Assembly: GCF_006345805.1 (NCBI RefSeq)
Contig: NC_043006.1
Span: forward strand, 67,208,001-67,272,000
Length of the DNA: 64,000 bases
Reading direction: 5' to 3'
Source: Octopus sinensis
Lineage: Eukaryota
Shown: positions 40,455-54,336 of the stretch, piece by piece
Layout: each line of letters starts with the position of its first letter
How positions within the stretch are numbered: position 1 is the first letter of the stretch
The notes under the pieces: model-generated
Seen by the model: the letters and a program-made list of their open reading frames with translations, nothing else
Databases searched by the model: none
What the model was told of the DNA's origin: nothing
Program-made: the position numbers and the translations under genes

Positions 40455-40735
40455 GAGAATCTAATTGCTCAGGTTGCTAACATAACTATATAGGAGAGAC
40501 AGGTATGACACTGAGACGGAGAACCACACTACATTAAGAGCATATCCGGTTCCCGCAATACAGACAGATTCCATAGAGAGATGTGCAAGTAACATCCAAC
40601 CAAACTTCATAGTTTTCCCATTCTACCAGTGCAAACAAATAATTTTTATACAAGAACATTTAAAGAAAGAAAATTTGATCATCGAAAAATATAGAACACG
40701 TCTAAATATGCACGCATAACCAACTTTGATCTCAG
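40455..40735 (+). mobile_element. Penelope-like GIY-YIG endonuclease remnant
   Basis: NYIGETGMTLRRRTTLH*EHIRFPQYRQIP, a YIG motif with downstream R and H, frameshifted. Confidence 0.7.
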
Positions 40736-42363
40736 TATATATTTTAATTCATGATTACATTCCCGTCAATGTACACATTTTACTTTTCCCACTAATTTAC
40801 CTTTTGAGTTTTGTATATATCTTCATCCAGCCCTGTACCCAATAATAACGAGAACCAATTCCTTTTCCTTAGATTTTTCTACTTCTTGAATCATTCATTC
40901 ATAAACTTCTCCACACACAACATGCACTAAATTTTTGTTAAGAAAATATGAAATTAGAATAATTTTAATGTCATAATTAGCGAAAGCGAAGCCGATCGAC
41001 AAACACAATATAAAATATATTAAAAAATGTATTAAAACTATTTAAAATTTATACATTTTCCTTCTGTTATTTATGTTATAAATATATATATATATATAGA
41101 ATAGTTATGAGAGGTATATAAAAAGTATATCCTTTAATACAGCGCAACTAATTAGCGCTCTTTGGGAGCAATAAGATTATAAAGTAAGAATGGAGAACAG
41201 ATTTCAAAGTCAAGTCCTTTTATCAAATTAAATCACTTCGCATCATAGGCATATTCATTAACAGTATCAATTAATTTAAGTACAAATATACAAATTATGA
41301 AACCGTAGATAAGTGTACTTTCATTAATATGTTCGATGTAAGCATTCAAATTTTATGAATCGACAACGACGTTAGAAGGTAGGAATCCAAAGAGCAGTGG
41401 TGTTCGCAGAAATAGGATGAAACTTTAATGTGCGCATATATACACACATACACACACGCGCACACGCACACACACACACATATATATATACATACATACA
41501 TATATACATACATACATATTTATAAATTAACTTTGGACACAAAAGAAGTACTCATTACTTTTGTTTGTTACCTGAACACTTTTTTTTTACTTTCCAATTT
41601 CTTTTACTTTTAACCATAAATTATGGTCAAGGGAAGATGACTTGTGAATGAACTAGTTCGTTCATTTGTGAATGAACTAAAGATTTATGCAAATGTTGTA
41701 AAATGAAGACTTTACACAAATGCCAGCAAAAGATGTAGTCACTGCACTGCTGAGAAAAGAACTCCGGAAAACACATACTGAATGTAGTAATATTCCTGTT
41801 CATGTCTCTTGAAAATATATATATATTTTTTTGTGTCCAATGCAATGTGCTTATGATTACTCGTCATTTATTCGTTTACTTTTGGCAACAACGTTTCAGT
41901 TTGAGGAGACAAGGAGGAGAAAATAAAAAGAATTATAAAACGGAGAAGCTTATATTTGACAGTTCTGCCCTCTCACAACTGATTTGCATGAATAAAGTAT
42001 CTCATTCATGGTAAGCTGCTTGCGTCATTTATATTTATTGCCATCGGAATCGTCTTTCCTCAACAGTGGAAAGAATATGAATTTTACTGCCATTTATATA
42101 AGGTCTACTTTTCCCAACAAGCTTCCGGTCAGTATCACGTTCCACAATTTACATACTATAGACTTGATGTAACTCGGAAATTTTGCTTTATTTCGTTTAT
42201 CAATGTTCCTAAAGGAGGAGATCTTTCTTTGAGCGGCCTCTCTCTCATGCCACTATAGAACTTCAGTGTGGTCTCAAGTTACGGTATACTGATATAATGA
42301 CCGGTTTACATATGATGCAGGATATATTCTATTTGGGCGTATGCATAGTCATATCCACCATAA

Positions 42364-42405
<42 letters not shown>

Positions 42406-42412
42406 TCTGAAG

Positions 42413-42528
42413 ATAGATATGTTATTCAATGCTTTATAGAACATACAAGCGTTTCTGTAACTAGTTAGTATTTCGGCATTTTGCTGAAACTCTTGTATTC
42501 TCTATAAAGCATTGAATACCATATCTAT
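42413..42528. repeat. Imperfect inverted repeat (~43-bp arms, 30-nt spacer)
   Basis: atagatatgttattcaatgctttatagaacatacaagcgtttc / gaaactcttgtattctctataaagcattgaataccatatctat. Confidence 0.85.
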
Positions 42529-43501
42529 ATTCTATCTATTATTATTGTTGCTGTTGTTGTTTTTGTCTAACTCGTATTCTGCACATTAGCCTGTCCTGAG
42601 GCTACTGTGCCATGCTTCGTAATAGCCTGGATAATTGAGTGGAACGTGGAACCCGCTGTTGAGCCCGACGTTTGGTTTCCAGAATAAAGAATATGTTTAT
42701 TAGTATTTAAAATTTAATTTCGGTTAAATATCGATGTAGGCTCCCCTTACCCCAACTAATATTGGCACTGACCACTTCCTTCCATTTATCTTCCTCTAAC
42801 TTTTCAACTTTATATATTTATTCCTTGTTCTTTTTGTTTGTTTCTATTTGTCTTCCAGTTATTATAGCCTTGTATTCCCTGCCTGTCTTCTTTTAAGCTC
42901 ATGTCCGTATACATCCTACGAGCAGATCATTACTTCCCGTTAAAGCTCTTTCACATTCCTTCTTTAATGATGTAATGTCGGCTGCCGATGATTTTCAGGA
43001 AAATGTATCATCTGCTCGTCTGATCTTGAAATAGATTTAAGAGACTATCTTCACACCTTCTTTCTACGTTTCTCAGTTTTTCTCGTCTAGCTTTGGAATC
43101 AGCAAACGACAACCAGCTGCACCTAACAACAAATAATTCGAATTTACTTTATAACTGTTACTGGAGAATACTTTTATATATCATAGCCATTAGGCACATT
43201 TCTGATCTTTTATCGACCTCTGGTGATCTATACTCCGGTAACAAGTTAATCCTCGTATTTAAATATATGCATGTCATAATCTAACCTGTTACTAGTTACT
43301 AGCCTTCTTATACTTGTATTTTATTATACATGTACCATATCAGTTGAAAAACAGCCATTCTTGTTTAGGTCGTTCTAACCATTCATACCTTTAAAAATGC
43401 AGTTCAAGTTGGAATCTTGGTAGCAAATAAGCCTGAGCAATATATATGTATATGTATATATGAATAAGTAATTGTGTATATATATACATGTATATGTATG
43501 A

Positions 43502-43566
<65 letters not shown>

Positions 43567-43644
43567 ATAAGGGTAGAAATTGATATTAATCATTAAAACC
43601 AGTGGTCTAGCATATTTTAAAAACCGAAGATTAAAATATTTTTA

Positions 43645-43894
43645 CATACAAAATTTAAAGGACTGACCACTAAAAGTGGACGGTCAACATGCTAGATATA
43701 GACGTCAAAATCGCTATTTTCCACGTTAATCGTTATTATTTCGTATATTTTCATTTGTCTTGCTTATTTTTAACGCTCTGGTTTGTGCTGAGTTTTTATT
43801 TGAGAACACATTCTTCGTGGAAAATAGCGATTTTGACGTCTATATCTAGCATGTTGACCGTCCACTTTAACGGTCAGTCCTTTAAATTTGTGTG
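43645..43894. repeat. Inverted repeat (~80-bp arms, ~90-bp spacer)
   Basis: aaatttaaaggactgacc...gacgtcaaaatcgctattttccacg and its reverse complement from 43816. Confidence 0.9.
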
Positions 43895-44126
43895 TGTATA
43901 TATATATATATAAGGATAAGATCGTTATTTAAATACCGATCTTATCACGTGGCCAGCATGGGAATAAAAACCTTCAATCGTAATAATTGTTATCAAAATT
44001 ATAATTTAGGGTTTTCTAAGAGATACCACCACGCTGGAAATAGCAGCCAAAATTTGACTCTAAAACCACATTTAATGTTATATATATTATATATATGTAT
44101 GTATATGCATATGTATACATGTATAA

Positions 44127-44170
<44 letters not shown>

Positions 44171-44416
44171 TATATATTATATATATAAAATATATATAAT
44201 GAACAGTTTTATCCTCAAACGCAGAGTAACGCTAATGATATTGCATGAAAGGATAAACTCTCCATATTTTGCAGAAAAACCTGTCGGCGACCAGCATTAT
44301 CCTCCGTTTGAGAATTAAATTATTTCCTTATCTGTATCTTTCAATACATCTCAACAATTCTAAAACAAACTTCGTTGACCTTCAACGTAAGTTGAATTAA
44401 TATATATATAGATATA

Positions 44417-44488
<72 letters not shown>

Positions 44489-44503
44489 TTTATATATATA
44501 TAT

Positions 44504-44615
<112 letters not shown>

Positions 44616-45410
44616 CACTGTATGTGGTTATGAAGTACTGATTGCTTCATACTGTAGTGACATGGTTTAGAAAGGTTTTTATAACACACGCCTAGTTTCT
44701 CTAAATAATCTTTAGGCTCTGAATACATGGTCAAGTCACAAGTCAAGATGATAGGACAAGAGAAGTTATCAGGAAAAAAGGAGTGAAAGGCGGATGCAAT
44801 AAGTGGAAGAGTAAAAAGAAGAGAAAAAGAAAGTAAACAGAAAAAAGTAAAAATGTGAAAATTAGCGATATGTTCCCTTTGACCGTGAAGCCATAATAAG
44901 GAGTGACGTCTCAAGTCTGCGGCTTGATGCGGATACGGTGGTGTCACCCAATTTGCCAAAAGAAATTTATTTATATGTTTACATTTGCTGAAAACTTATC
45001 ATCTGAAATTCAGCGATGCATTAGAATTCTTGATTTAAAAAGCATATGCGATCTTTCAGCTACGCATACTTGGCATTTAGTAGGTCCATTGAAACATGCT
45101 GTGGATTTTTGTACGATTTTCTTTCTGATTGTATGTAGCAGGGTGTTGGTTTCGAAACCTATACGTGGCTAGTCAACTGAGTAGCTTTACTTTTGTTCAT
45201 GTGCCAGATACGTAGGAAGAGGCTGGATTTTTAAAGCCAACTGCCAGTACGAAAAACAACATTGATATCAGTGGAGTAAATCTGTAACTACATGGTTTAG
45301 AAATGCTTGTATAACATTAAAAGGGTAGTGGATACCCTATGGTTTATTCTTTATCGATTGTGATAGGAAATTAGGGTAAGAATAATCCCTTCTCTCAGTT
45401 CTTTAATTAT

Positions 45411-45557
45411 CCTTTCTACTATAGGCGCGAAGCCTGAAATTTTGGAGAAAGGGGCCTGGTCGATCACATCGACCCCAGTGTTCGGCTAATGCTTGACTGG
45501 ACCCCGGAACCCGGAAGGATGAAATGCAAAGTTGACTTCAGTTGAATTTGAACTCTG
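45411..45557 (-). mobile_element. SINE family A fragment
   Basis: Reverse complement of body and tail. Confidence 0.65.
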
Positions 45558-45699
45558 ATAGATCTTCGGCTTCGTAAGTTCTTTATGACGCGAAAACTGG
45601 TTCACGTACACTAATAATAAAATAGCCATCCATTTTTAACCTTCCACTATTTCTAAGAGGGTCATGTAGTTAGAGTCCTCAAATATCTCCTATCAGAAG

Positions 45700-45960
45700 A
45701 AAACATCATTTCACTTCCCTGCGGGATTCCCAAGTTTGACTATGAATATTATCCAGTCATTTTACTCTTGATCTACCCCAAGGTTTCCTACCAGTTGGTT
45801 CACTTTGAATAATCTGTCTTGCGATTCTCTCCTGAAACATTCTAATCGCACGTCTGTAGTAACAGAACTAAGACCACTCATTGTAGCAGCTTAACTTGGA
45901 GAGACACCTTGGTCTCCAAGCAACGCACCCTATCGATTAACGTTACTTCAAAGATTTTCA
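45700..45960 (-). mobile_element. Decayed RTE-type LINE fragment
   Basis: IRMFQERIARQIIQSEPTGRKPWGRSRVK*LDNI resembles the RTE G.RPRGRP..RW.D motif. Confidence 0.5.
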
Positions 45961-46109
45961 GAGGAATCCTATATATATAGGACGGTAGCAATTGTGTGTT
46001 ACACATACCGTCTGTAGATGTAACGCCGAGCGTCGGCTCCCTGAAATTTCTAAATCTGTCTTATACCAAAAAGCTAGCAACCAATAAAACATTTTGGCAC
46101 GAAGCCAAC

Positions 46110-46462
46110 AGTTTTAGGACAGTGGGTGAGTCCATTACATCGATCCAAGCGCTCAACTCGTGCTTATTTTATCGACTCCAAAAGGATGAAAGTAAATTGG
46201 CCTTGGAGGCATTTGAAGTCAGAGTTTCAAGTCAGAAGAACTGTCATAAAGAATTTTGCACCAGGCGCTATTAGCAAAATTTTAATGAAAATATGTGGAT
46301 AGGCGCAGGAGTGGCTGTGTAGTAAAAAGCTTGCTTCCCAACCACATGGTTCCGGGTTCAGTGCCACTGTGTGGCACCTTGGGCAAGTGTCTTTTACTTT
46401 GGCCTCGGACTAACCAAAATCTTGTGAGTGGATTTGGCAGAAGGAAACTGAAAGAAGAGCGC
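46110..46462. mobile_element. Diverged SINE family A (-) followed by SINE family C head (+, 46303-46462)
   Basis: Family A reverse complement, then ggcgcaggagtggctgtgtagtaa...ggcaccttgggcaagtgtc. Confidence 0.75.
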
Positions 46463-46559
46463 TGTATATATATATATATATATATAATAATATATATATA
46501 TATTTAATATGTATGCATACATATGTATATATATATATATATATTATATATAATGCATA

Positions 46560-46720
46560 CATGGACACGGGACGTCAACAGCTGTAAACAACATGAAGTA
46601 CGAAAAACCGAATTAAATACTCAAACAAGATAAAAATTGAAAACAGGACAAGTAACACAAAGAACGACCCTTCATCAGTTGTCGGCTGTCTATCTACTCC
46701 TCATTTCGAGCTTTCAACGC
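46560..46720 (-). mobile_element. Possible Penelope-like terminal repeat fragment
   Basis: ctcgaaatgaggagtagatagacagccgacaactgatgaaggg, abutting (TA)n. Confidence 0.35.
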
Positions 46721-46729
46721 TATATATAT

Positions 46730-46777
<48 letters not shown>

Positions 46778-46779
46778 CC

Positions 46780-47360
46780 TTTCACCTGCGCTGCCTCCAG
46801 AAAATATTTGGCATCAAATGGCAGAATCATGTCTCCAACAAAGATGTCATCAAGCAAGCAAGAATACCAAGCATGTTTGCACTCCTCACACAAATACGTA
46901 TGAGATGGCTTGGACATGTTAGCCGTATGGAAGATGGCGGAATCACCAAGGACATATTCTACGGAGAGAATATTCTAGGGGCAGTACGTCTGTGGGAAGA
47001 CCGTTCTTACGATACAAGGATGTTTGCAAAAGGGACATGAAGGCCTACGACATCAATATTAGCAACTGGGAAGCAGTTGCCAGCAACCGTGGAGATTAAC
47101 GACGTACCGTAAAAGAGGGAACATAAAGGAGTGACAGGCGGAGAGAGGAGAAATGGAAAGACAAGAAAAGACGACAAGTAACTATGACATTACAACCAGC
47201 CAGGCAAAATCTTCGCTACATTTTCCACACCTGCGTTTGTCCAGGATAGGACTACACAGCCACAGCAGAAGATGTATCAGAACAGAAAATGTAAAAGCCG
47301 GACTAGATTATTTTATGCGCAATTCCATTGTCTCCCGAGACAAAAAGGATGCCAACAGCA
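46780..47360 (+). mobile_element. RTE-type LINE 3' fragment
   Basis: FHLRCLQKIFGIKWQNHVSNKDV...RWLGHVSRMEDG...GRPFLRYKDVCKRDMK; 3' end tccattgtctcccgagac...gatgccaac. Confidence 0.85.
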
Positions 47361-47377
47361 ACAATCTATGCTATCTA

Positions 47378-47592
47378 AGGCGGTGAGCTGGCAGAAATGT
47401 TAGCGCTCTGGCGAAATGCTTATCTGTATTTCGTCTTCCGACTTTACGTTCTGAGTTCAAGTTTCGCCGAGGACGACTTTGCCTTTTATCTTTTCGGGGT
47501 CGATAAATTAAGTACCCGTTGCGTACTGGAGTCGATCTAATCGACTGGCTCCTCCCCCAAAATTTCGGGCCTTGTGTTTAGAGTAGAAAAGA
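47378..47592 (+). mobile_element. SINE family A, full length
   Basis: aaggcggtgagctggcagaaatgttagcgc...tagagtagaaaagaat. Confidence 0.85.
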
Positions 47593-47689
47593 ATATCTAT
47601 GGTATCTTTGGTAAGAGTATGTGCGCTTATCTAGCAGAGAAGGGAATATTGTGGAGACAGTGGTGGTGGTTGTGGTGATATAAGAGTTG

Positions 47690-48700
47690 CTCATAAGTCG
47701 CGGTGTTGTGGTGATCATGGTTGATATTGTGGCGGTTGGTGAGAGTGCAGTTTTGATGATGATAATAATGATGACGATAATGAGGATGAGGATAATGATG
47801 ATGATGATGATGATAATGGCGGAGGTGCTGATGCTGGTGCTGGTGATGGTAGTTGCGGTCGTGGTCGTGGTCGTGGAAGTGGTCATGGTAGTGGTGATTG
47901 TGGTAGTGATGATGCTGGTGGTATGATAATGACGGTGATGATGATGATGATGATGATGGTGGTGGGGATGATGATGATGGTGGTGGTGGTGGTGGTGATC
48001 GTCGTCGTGGTTGTGTTCGTGGTGGTGATGATGATAATGGTGATGATGATGGTGATGATGATGACGACGACAAAGATGGTGATGATAATGATAATCATCG
48101 ACATCATCATCATCATCGTCATCATCATTAGCATCAACATCGCGATCGTGATCGTGATGACGGGTTGAGGATCGATACATGGAAAGTGGATCGACACATG
48201 GAACTAGTTGCGGTAATGTTTGTGGTGGTGGTGTCGGCGGCGGCGGTGGTGGCAGTGGTGGTGGTGGTGGTGGCGGCGGCGGTTGTGGCAGTGGTGTTGG
48301 TGGTGGTGGTGGTGGTGGTGGGTAGTGGTGGCGGCGGTTTTGGTGAAGTTTGTGGTAGTTGTGGCGGTGGCGGTGGTAGTGGCTGTGGTTGCAGTGGTGA
48401 GGATGGCGGTGATCATGGTACAAAGATGCAGCGCTGGCGTTGGTTGTGGTGGGAGTAGCTGGTGTGAAGAGGGTGCCAATAGTGATGGAGTCTGTGATCT
48501 TATTGTTGTTGATAGTGAGGATGGCGAGGTGTGGATGGGGGATGACGTTGTTTCCGTTGCTGTTGATATTAGTGGTGGAGGTGGGGGTCGTCATCAAAGG
48601 GATGAGAGCGAGGCTGGGGGATCCTGGATTGATGGGGGTTGTTGTTGTGATTATGGTGGGGATGGTGTTTGCAGAAATGAAATAACTTGTCTTTAATAAG
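47690..48700. repeat. G/T-rich cryptic trinucleotide mosaic (GGT, GAT, GTC, GGC)
   Basis: Directly visible triplet runs with strong strand bias. Confidence 0.85.
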
Positions 48701-48778
48701 GTAAATTGATTAAATAGAGAATTTCTGTGGTACTTGTTGTTGTTATCGATTTTACATATATAGATACATATATATGTT

Positions 48779-48841
<63 letters not shown>

Positions 48842-48920
48842 CATACATATATATGTGTATATACATGTATATATATATATATGTATCTATAACATATGTA
48901 TATATGATTATGTATGGTTG

Positions 48921-48952
<32 letters not shown>

Positions 48953-49361
48953 TGCATGAATATATATATATGCATATATACATATATGGATATATATTTA
49001 TATATACATATATATATATACATATATACATATATGGATATATATTTATGTATATATATGCATAGTATATGTGTATGTATGACTGTATAAATATATATGT
49101 GTATGCATGCATACATGTAAATATATACACACACAGTATTATTATCATTATTATTATCATTAATATTTTCCTTATTATTATTATTATTACTACTACTACT
49201 ACTACTATTACTACTACTATTACTACTACTACTACTACTGCCACTAATACTCTTTTGGCCGTTGTGGTGGTGGTGGTGGTGGTGGCGATCGTTGCGAAGA
49301 TGTTCATAATGGCTCATCTGTTTCAATCTAAAATTGCAGAATTAATTATAATATTCATGTG

Positions 49362-49375
49362 GTTACCCTGGCAAC
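49362..49375 (+). promoter_or_regulatory. RFX X-box-like motif
   Basis: GTTACCCTGGCAAC matches the GTTRCCNTGGCAAC pattern. It lies in a short non-repetitive island with several TAATTA sites. Confidence 0.3.
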
Positions 49376-49528
49376 GTATAATCGAGTTGAGCAACGGTCT
49401 AATAGAGTTAGTGGTGATAATTAATACAGTTCCACTAATTAGCGGATGTCTATGTATATGTATAAGTCTATGCGTTTAAGCACATATATACAGAAACATA
49501 TGAAATATATGTATATATATATGTATAT

Positions 49529-49586
<58 letters not shown>

Positions 49587-49996
49587 CATATACATATATA
49601 TATATATATAAATATATATATACATACATACATGTATATATATACATATATATGTTATGTATGTATATACATACACACACATACGTGTGGTTTGAGTGTG
49701 TTTGCATGTGTGCATATATAAATATATACATACGTATATATATACACATATATTATATAATATATATATATATATATATATAATATATATGCACACATAT
49801 ATACATATATGAGTGTGTATATGTGCCTGTGGCGCGCGCGTGTGTATGTATGTGTGTATGCAGGTAGGTATACGTGTGTGCGTTTATATGAATGCGTATT
49901 TTACCCTCTCTCTCTCAATAACTTCTCTATAAGTGCATTTGTTCAAAAATAAAGTAGAGATTGAGTAAAAACCCGTGCGCGTACTTACACATATGC

Positions 49997-50040
<44 letters not shown>

Positions 50041-50046
50041 TATATA

Positions 50047-50081
<35 letters not shown>

Positions 50082-50226
50082 CATATACTTATATATATAA
50101 AAAAAACATATATATTTATACATTAATTTATATATGTGTATATATATGTAGATGTGTGTATATATATATTAATATATGTACATGTATATATACATATATA
50201 TGTGTATATGCATTATGTATATATGC

Positions 50227-50284
<58 letters not shown>

Positions 50285-50871
50285 ATATATATACATATAT
50301 ATGTATATATGTATAAAGCATCGCCGAACGGAATTCGTAGATAACGTGTATTGCTAGTTTACAATTGTTTCATCAATTGTATCCTGTCGAATGTTACTGA
50401 TTATTTCCATGCACTGTGCAATTTTTACATCATAGTCCACCATGAAACCATCTCATAAGAACGCCACAGAAAGCGATATGCTGTTTGATTTCGCAATTTT
50501 TCCAATAAATACCCTCATAATAATCCGAAGTGTGCAGCTTCTACTAACCATATTCCTTCTAGAGAAATATAGGAAGATGAAGGAGGAGCGAGAAAATTTG
50601 ACAAGATAATTAGCTCCGTATAATCTTCACAATTAGATTAAATACAAGTCTGTGTCCAGCTGCGCCATCTTCCATAAATATAATAGCTAACCGTTTGTTT
50701 TTGTTAAAGAGGCATTCATAGATATTCCGAGTTGCTCTAACAGCAGATTAAATGTCTTAACATCAAAGTTTAAATGTTATTCTTGACTCCGATTAACTTA
50801 GATAAATTTCTCCAAAACTACAACGTTACTCGCTTTCATTTACGCTCGCAAGTATTCTTCCATGCGCGTAA

Positions 50872-50949
<78 letters not shown>

Positions 50950-51195
50950 CATATATACCCATATATATCCGTATATATATATATGCACACATATATACAT
51001 ATATGTGTGTGTATATGTGCTTGTGTGCGCATGTGTGTATGTATGTGTGTATGCAGGTAGGTATACGTGTGTGTGTTTATATGAATGCGCATTTTACCCT
51101 CTCCCTCTCAATAACTTCCTCTATAAGTGCGTTTGTTTCAAAAATAAAGTAGAGAGAAAGTAAAAAACCCGTGCGCGCACTCACACATATGCAAG

Positions 51196-51311
<116 letters not shown>

Positions 51312-51574
51312 CTTATATTATATATATATATAAATACACGGATCTCACATCCATATTACTTAGATACTCACACATGATTATAGATGCATGTTCGCAAACA
51401 TTCTTTTAGCAAAGACAAATACATATATAGATGTTCGTATCCATGGATACGAACATCAGCCTGTTCATTTGAACACATACAATTTTAAATATTCTGATGT
51501 TTGTTTTTCAATTCCTTTGTATATATACACCAATCGTTTCACGCTTACCAAATCACCTCACGATATCTATCTAC

Positions 51575-51628
<54 letters not shown>

Positions 51629-52317
51629 GCCTGTCTGTCTATCTATCCATATTAAATTTTCATGATCCTTTGGATGAGAACTGACGAGGATTTTGCGACA
51701 TTCAATGTGCATATTTTCCGTTTGTCCCGTTCGAAAATTTGTTTCTCGCGAAAGTTCCGGACACCAGTTATGAACTCATTTACATACAACCAATCAGAGC
51801 TCAACTATCAAACTAATTTATGAGCGCATAACGAATGATGGGCGATAAGATAAGGTCACTTGGGTAAGGAATGACCCTGCTTCATTTCTCTTTTATTAAT
51901 GCTTGTTCTTCTTCTTCTTGTTTCAACCACTGCGTAGTTGGGTTATTAACTTTTTAAAACAATAAGGGGAGAGAATTGCCAGCACATCACCCTCTACCCA
52001 CATTTATCCCGTCCACATCTTTACAATATGGGGCCCTAAAAAAATCCGGTAATAGGTATAGATGCAAATCTATCTAATTACTTGTCTGCTAAAGTCAAGC
52101 ATAACTTGGCGATCGGTCGACTTACAACTCCATTCTTCGTCTTGATTTTACTTGGTAGAGTGTTTGTTAACTTGACAACAAGATCAAGGTGAGCTCTGAT
52201 TGGCTGTTACAAATTAGTTCACGACTGGGGTCCGGAACTCTCGCAGGAAAAAAATGTCCCGTTCTATTTTGCTTCTATATAAGTTTTGAACATCTCTCTC
52301 TCTCTCTCTCTCTCTCT

Positions 52318-52357
<40 letters not shown>

Positions 52358-52607
52358 CACCAAGTAATTTAGGGGTTATGGATCAAACCTACTAAGCGAT
52401 AACATTTATCCAATATAATTTTTATAATTGTATTCTTATCTTATATATATTGAATTATAATGTATATATGTATGCTATTAAGGTTCTCACTTTTGTTAGA
52501 TGATTAAATAAGTCAACATCCTAATATCTGAAAGCTGATGACCCAACTAAATTTTTTCTCCATTTTCTTATTTGTATTTTATATATAATATATATATATA
52601 TTATATC

Positions 52608-52639
<32 letters not shown>

Positions 52640-53659
52640 GTTCACAACTTTATATATTCAAATATATATGAACATGTATGAGTTTTGAACATACCTATGT
52701 ATATACATATATATATGTGTGTGTGTGTGTCTGTCTCTCTGTCTGTGTATGTGTGTGTATGTATATATATATGTGTGTGTGTGTGTATGTATGTATATAT
52801 AGATATATGTATATATGGCTAAGTAAATGGATTTACCTCCTAATTCATTTTACAAAATATCCTTCTGCCGATTAACATTGAATGAAAACTTATTACATTA
52901 ACATTATCACATTATCACTAACTATTTCGACTATGATAATATTTTATTTCATGAACACCTTCCACGTACCTAAATTCTGTAAGACATTTTACTCCTTTTA
53001 GTACCCCTCATCCTTCCTTCTTTTTTTCTTCCTTCCTACTTTCTTCTTTTTTCTTTCTTCATACTTTCTTCTTTTTTTCCTCCTTTCATTCCCTTGCTCT
53101 CCCCTCTCTGACATTTCTTGGCCGTCTCTTTTTTTAATCTACCAACTTTTCATCGTTCATCTCCCTCGTGCCTTTTCTCTGTCTGTCTCATTTTTTCTCT
53201 CTTTCTCGTTCTCCCCCGAATTCTTCAGTCCCTCTGCCTCTACCTCTCTCCTTTCCTTCTAAATGATCGATGTTCAGACCAGCATAATCTTTCTTTCTTG
53301 GCTAGACTACCAGACACGAAGCATCTTTTATTGCTGTCTTTTGACTTTCATCGCTTATGTTCATCATATTCCTGCCTTAAGACTTTAACTGCACATACGC
53401 CAACTCAGCTTGATTCATCTCTATTCGTCGAAAGACACCTGTTGACATGTTCCTCTTACTTGTATTTGTAATTAAGTAACATTTTCACCGATTTTTATTT
53501 GTTTTTTTCTTGTTTTATTTTGTTTTTTCTTTGTTGTACACATGCTCTTACTTCCTCCCAAAATATTTAACGCTCTTAGCTTAGATTTTTGAGGCCAGCC
53601 AAATTTGAACAGTCTCAACTTTAACCGACCGAAACTGTAAGGATAATCTGGAAACTTGA

Positions 53660-53718
53660 CAGAGGAGAGACGGCCAGGAAACGCCTGTCCTTGTTTTCTC
53701 CTGGCCGTCTTTTTGTTG
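53660..53718 (+). ncRNA. Candidate pre-miRNA-like hairpin
   Basis: agacggccagga pairs perfectly with tcctggccgtct and extends outward via G-U pairs. It lies in unique sequence. There are no expression data, and the strand is not established. Confidence 0.25.
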
Positions 53719-53845
53719 CTTTACCAATCAGTCTTCGTATTGTCTTTCTGTCCGGATATTTCATTGTCGCCTGTTGCGTTATTGTCCAATGTTTTAGATA
53801 TGCGTGTGTGTGTGTGTAGATAGATAGATAGATAGATAGATAGAT

Positions 53846-53887
<42 letters not shown>

Positions 53888-54121
53888 GAATCGATTGATA
53901 CTGACGTACAATTACCTATATATACATCAACATATATATATATAAATGTATGTATTTGTATATATATATATATATCTATATGTGTGTGTGTGCATGTATG
54001 CATACATGCATGTATGTATGCATGTATGTATGTATGAGTTTTTAGTCGAATGAATCGATCCCAGTACTTTCTTTCCATCGGCCACATTTGTCGAACAGCT
54101 AAGTTAAGGGGACTTACCAAC

Positions 54122-54180
<59 letters not shown>

Positions 54181-54181
<1 letters not shown>

Positions 54182-54327
54182 CAGACGGTATTCTTTCCGT
54201 TTCCGTCTACAAAATCTGTTCAACAGGTTTTAGTCGACCCGAGAATATAGTAGACAGCTGCCCAAGGTGCCACGCAGTGGAAGTGAACTCGGAATCTTGG
54301 GGTTCGGAAGCAGCCTTCTTAACACCC
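54181..54327 (-). mobile_element. SINE family C head
   Basis: Reverse complement contains ccactgcgtggcaccttgggcag. Confidence 0.75.
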
Positions 54328-54336
54328 AGGTACTAC

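Noticed and set aside
47578-49326. 582-aa ORF rich in His/Pro/Thr/Asp runs
   Set aside because: It is composed of triplet and (TA)n microsatellites that lack stops by composition. It crosses pure YIYI tracts, overlapping frames are also open, and no domain is recognisable.
53668-53715. Rho-independent terminator (GC hairpin + T run)
   Set aside because: There is no bacterial context. The hairpin is retained only as a structured-RNA candidate.
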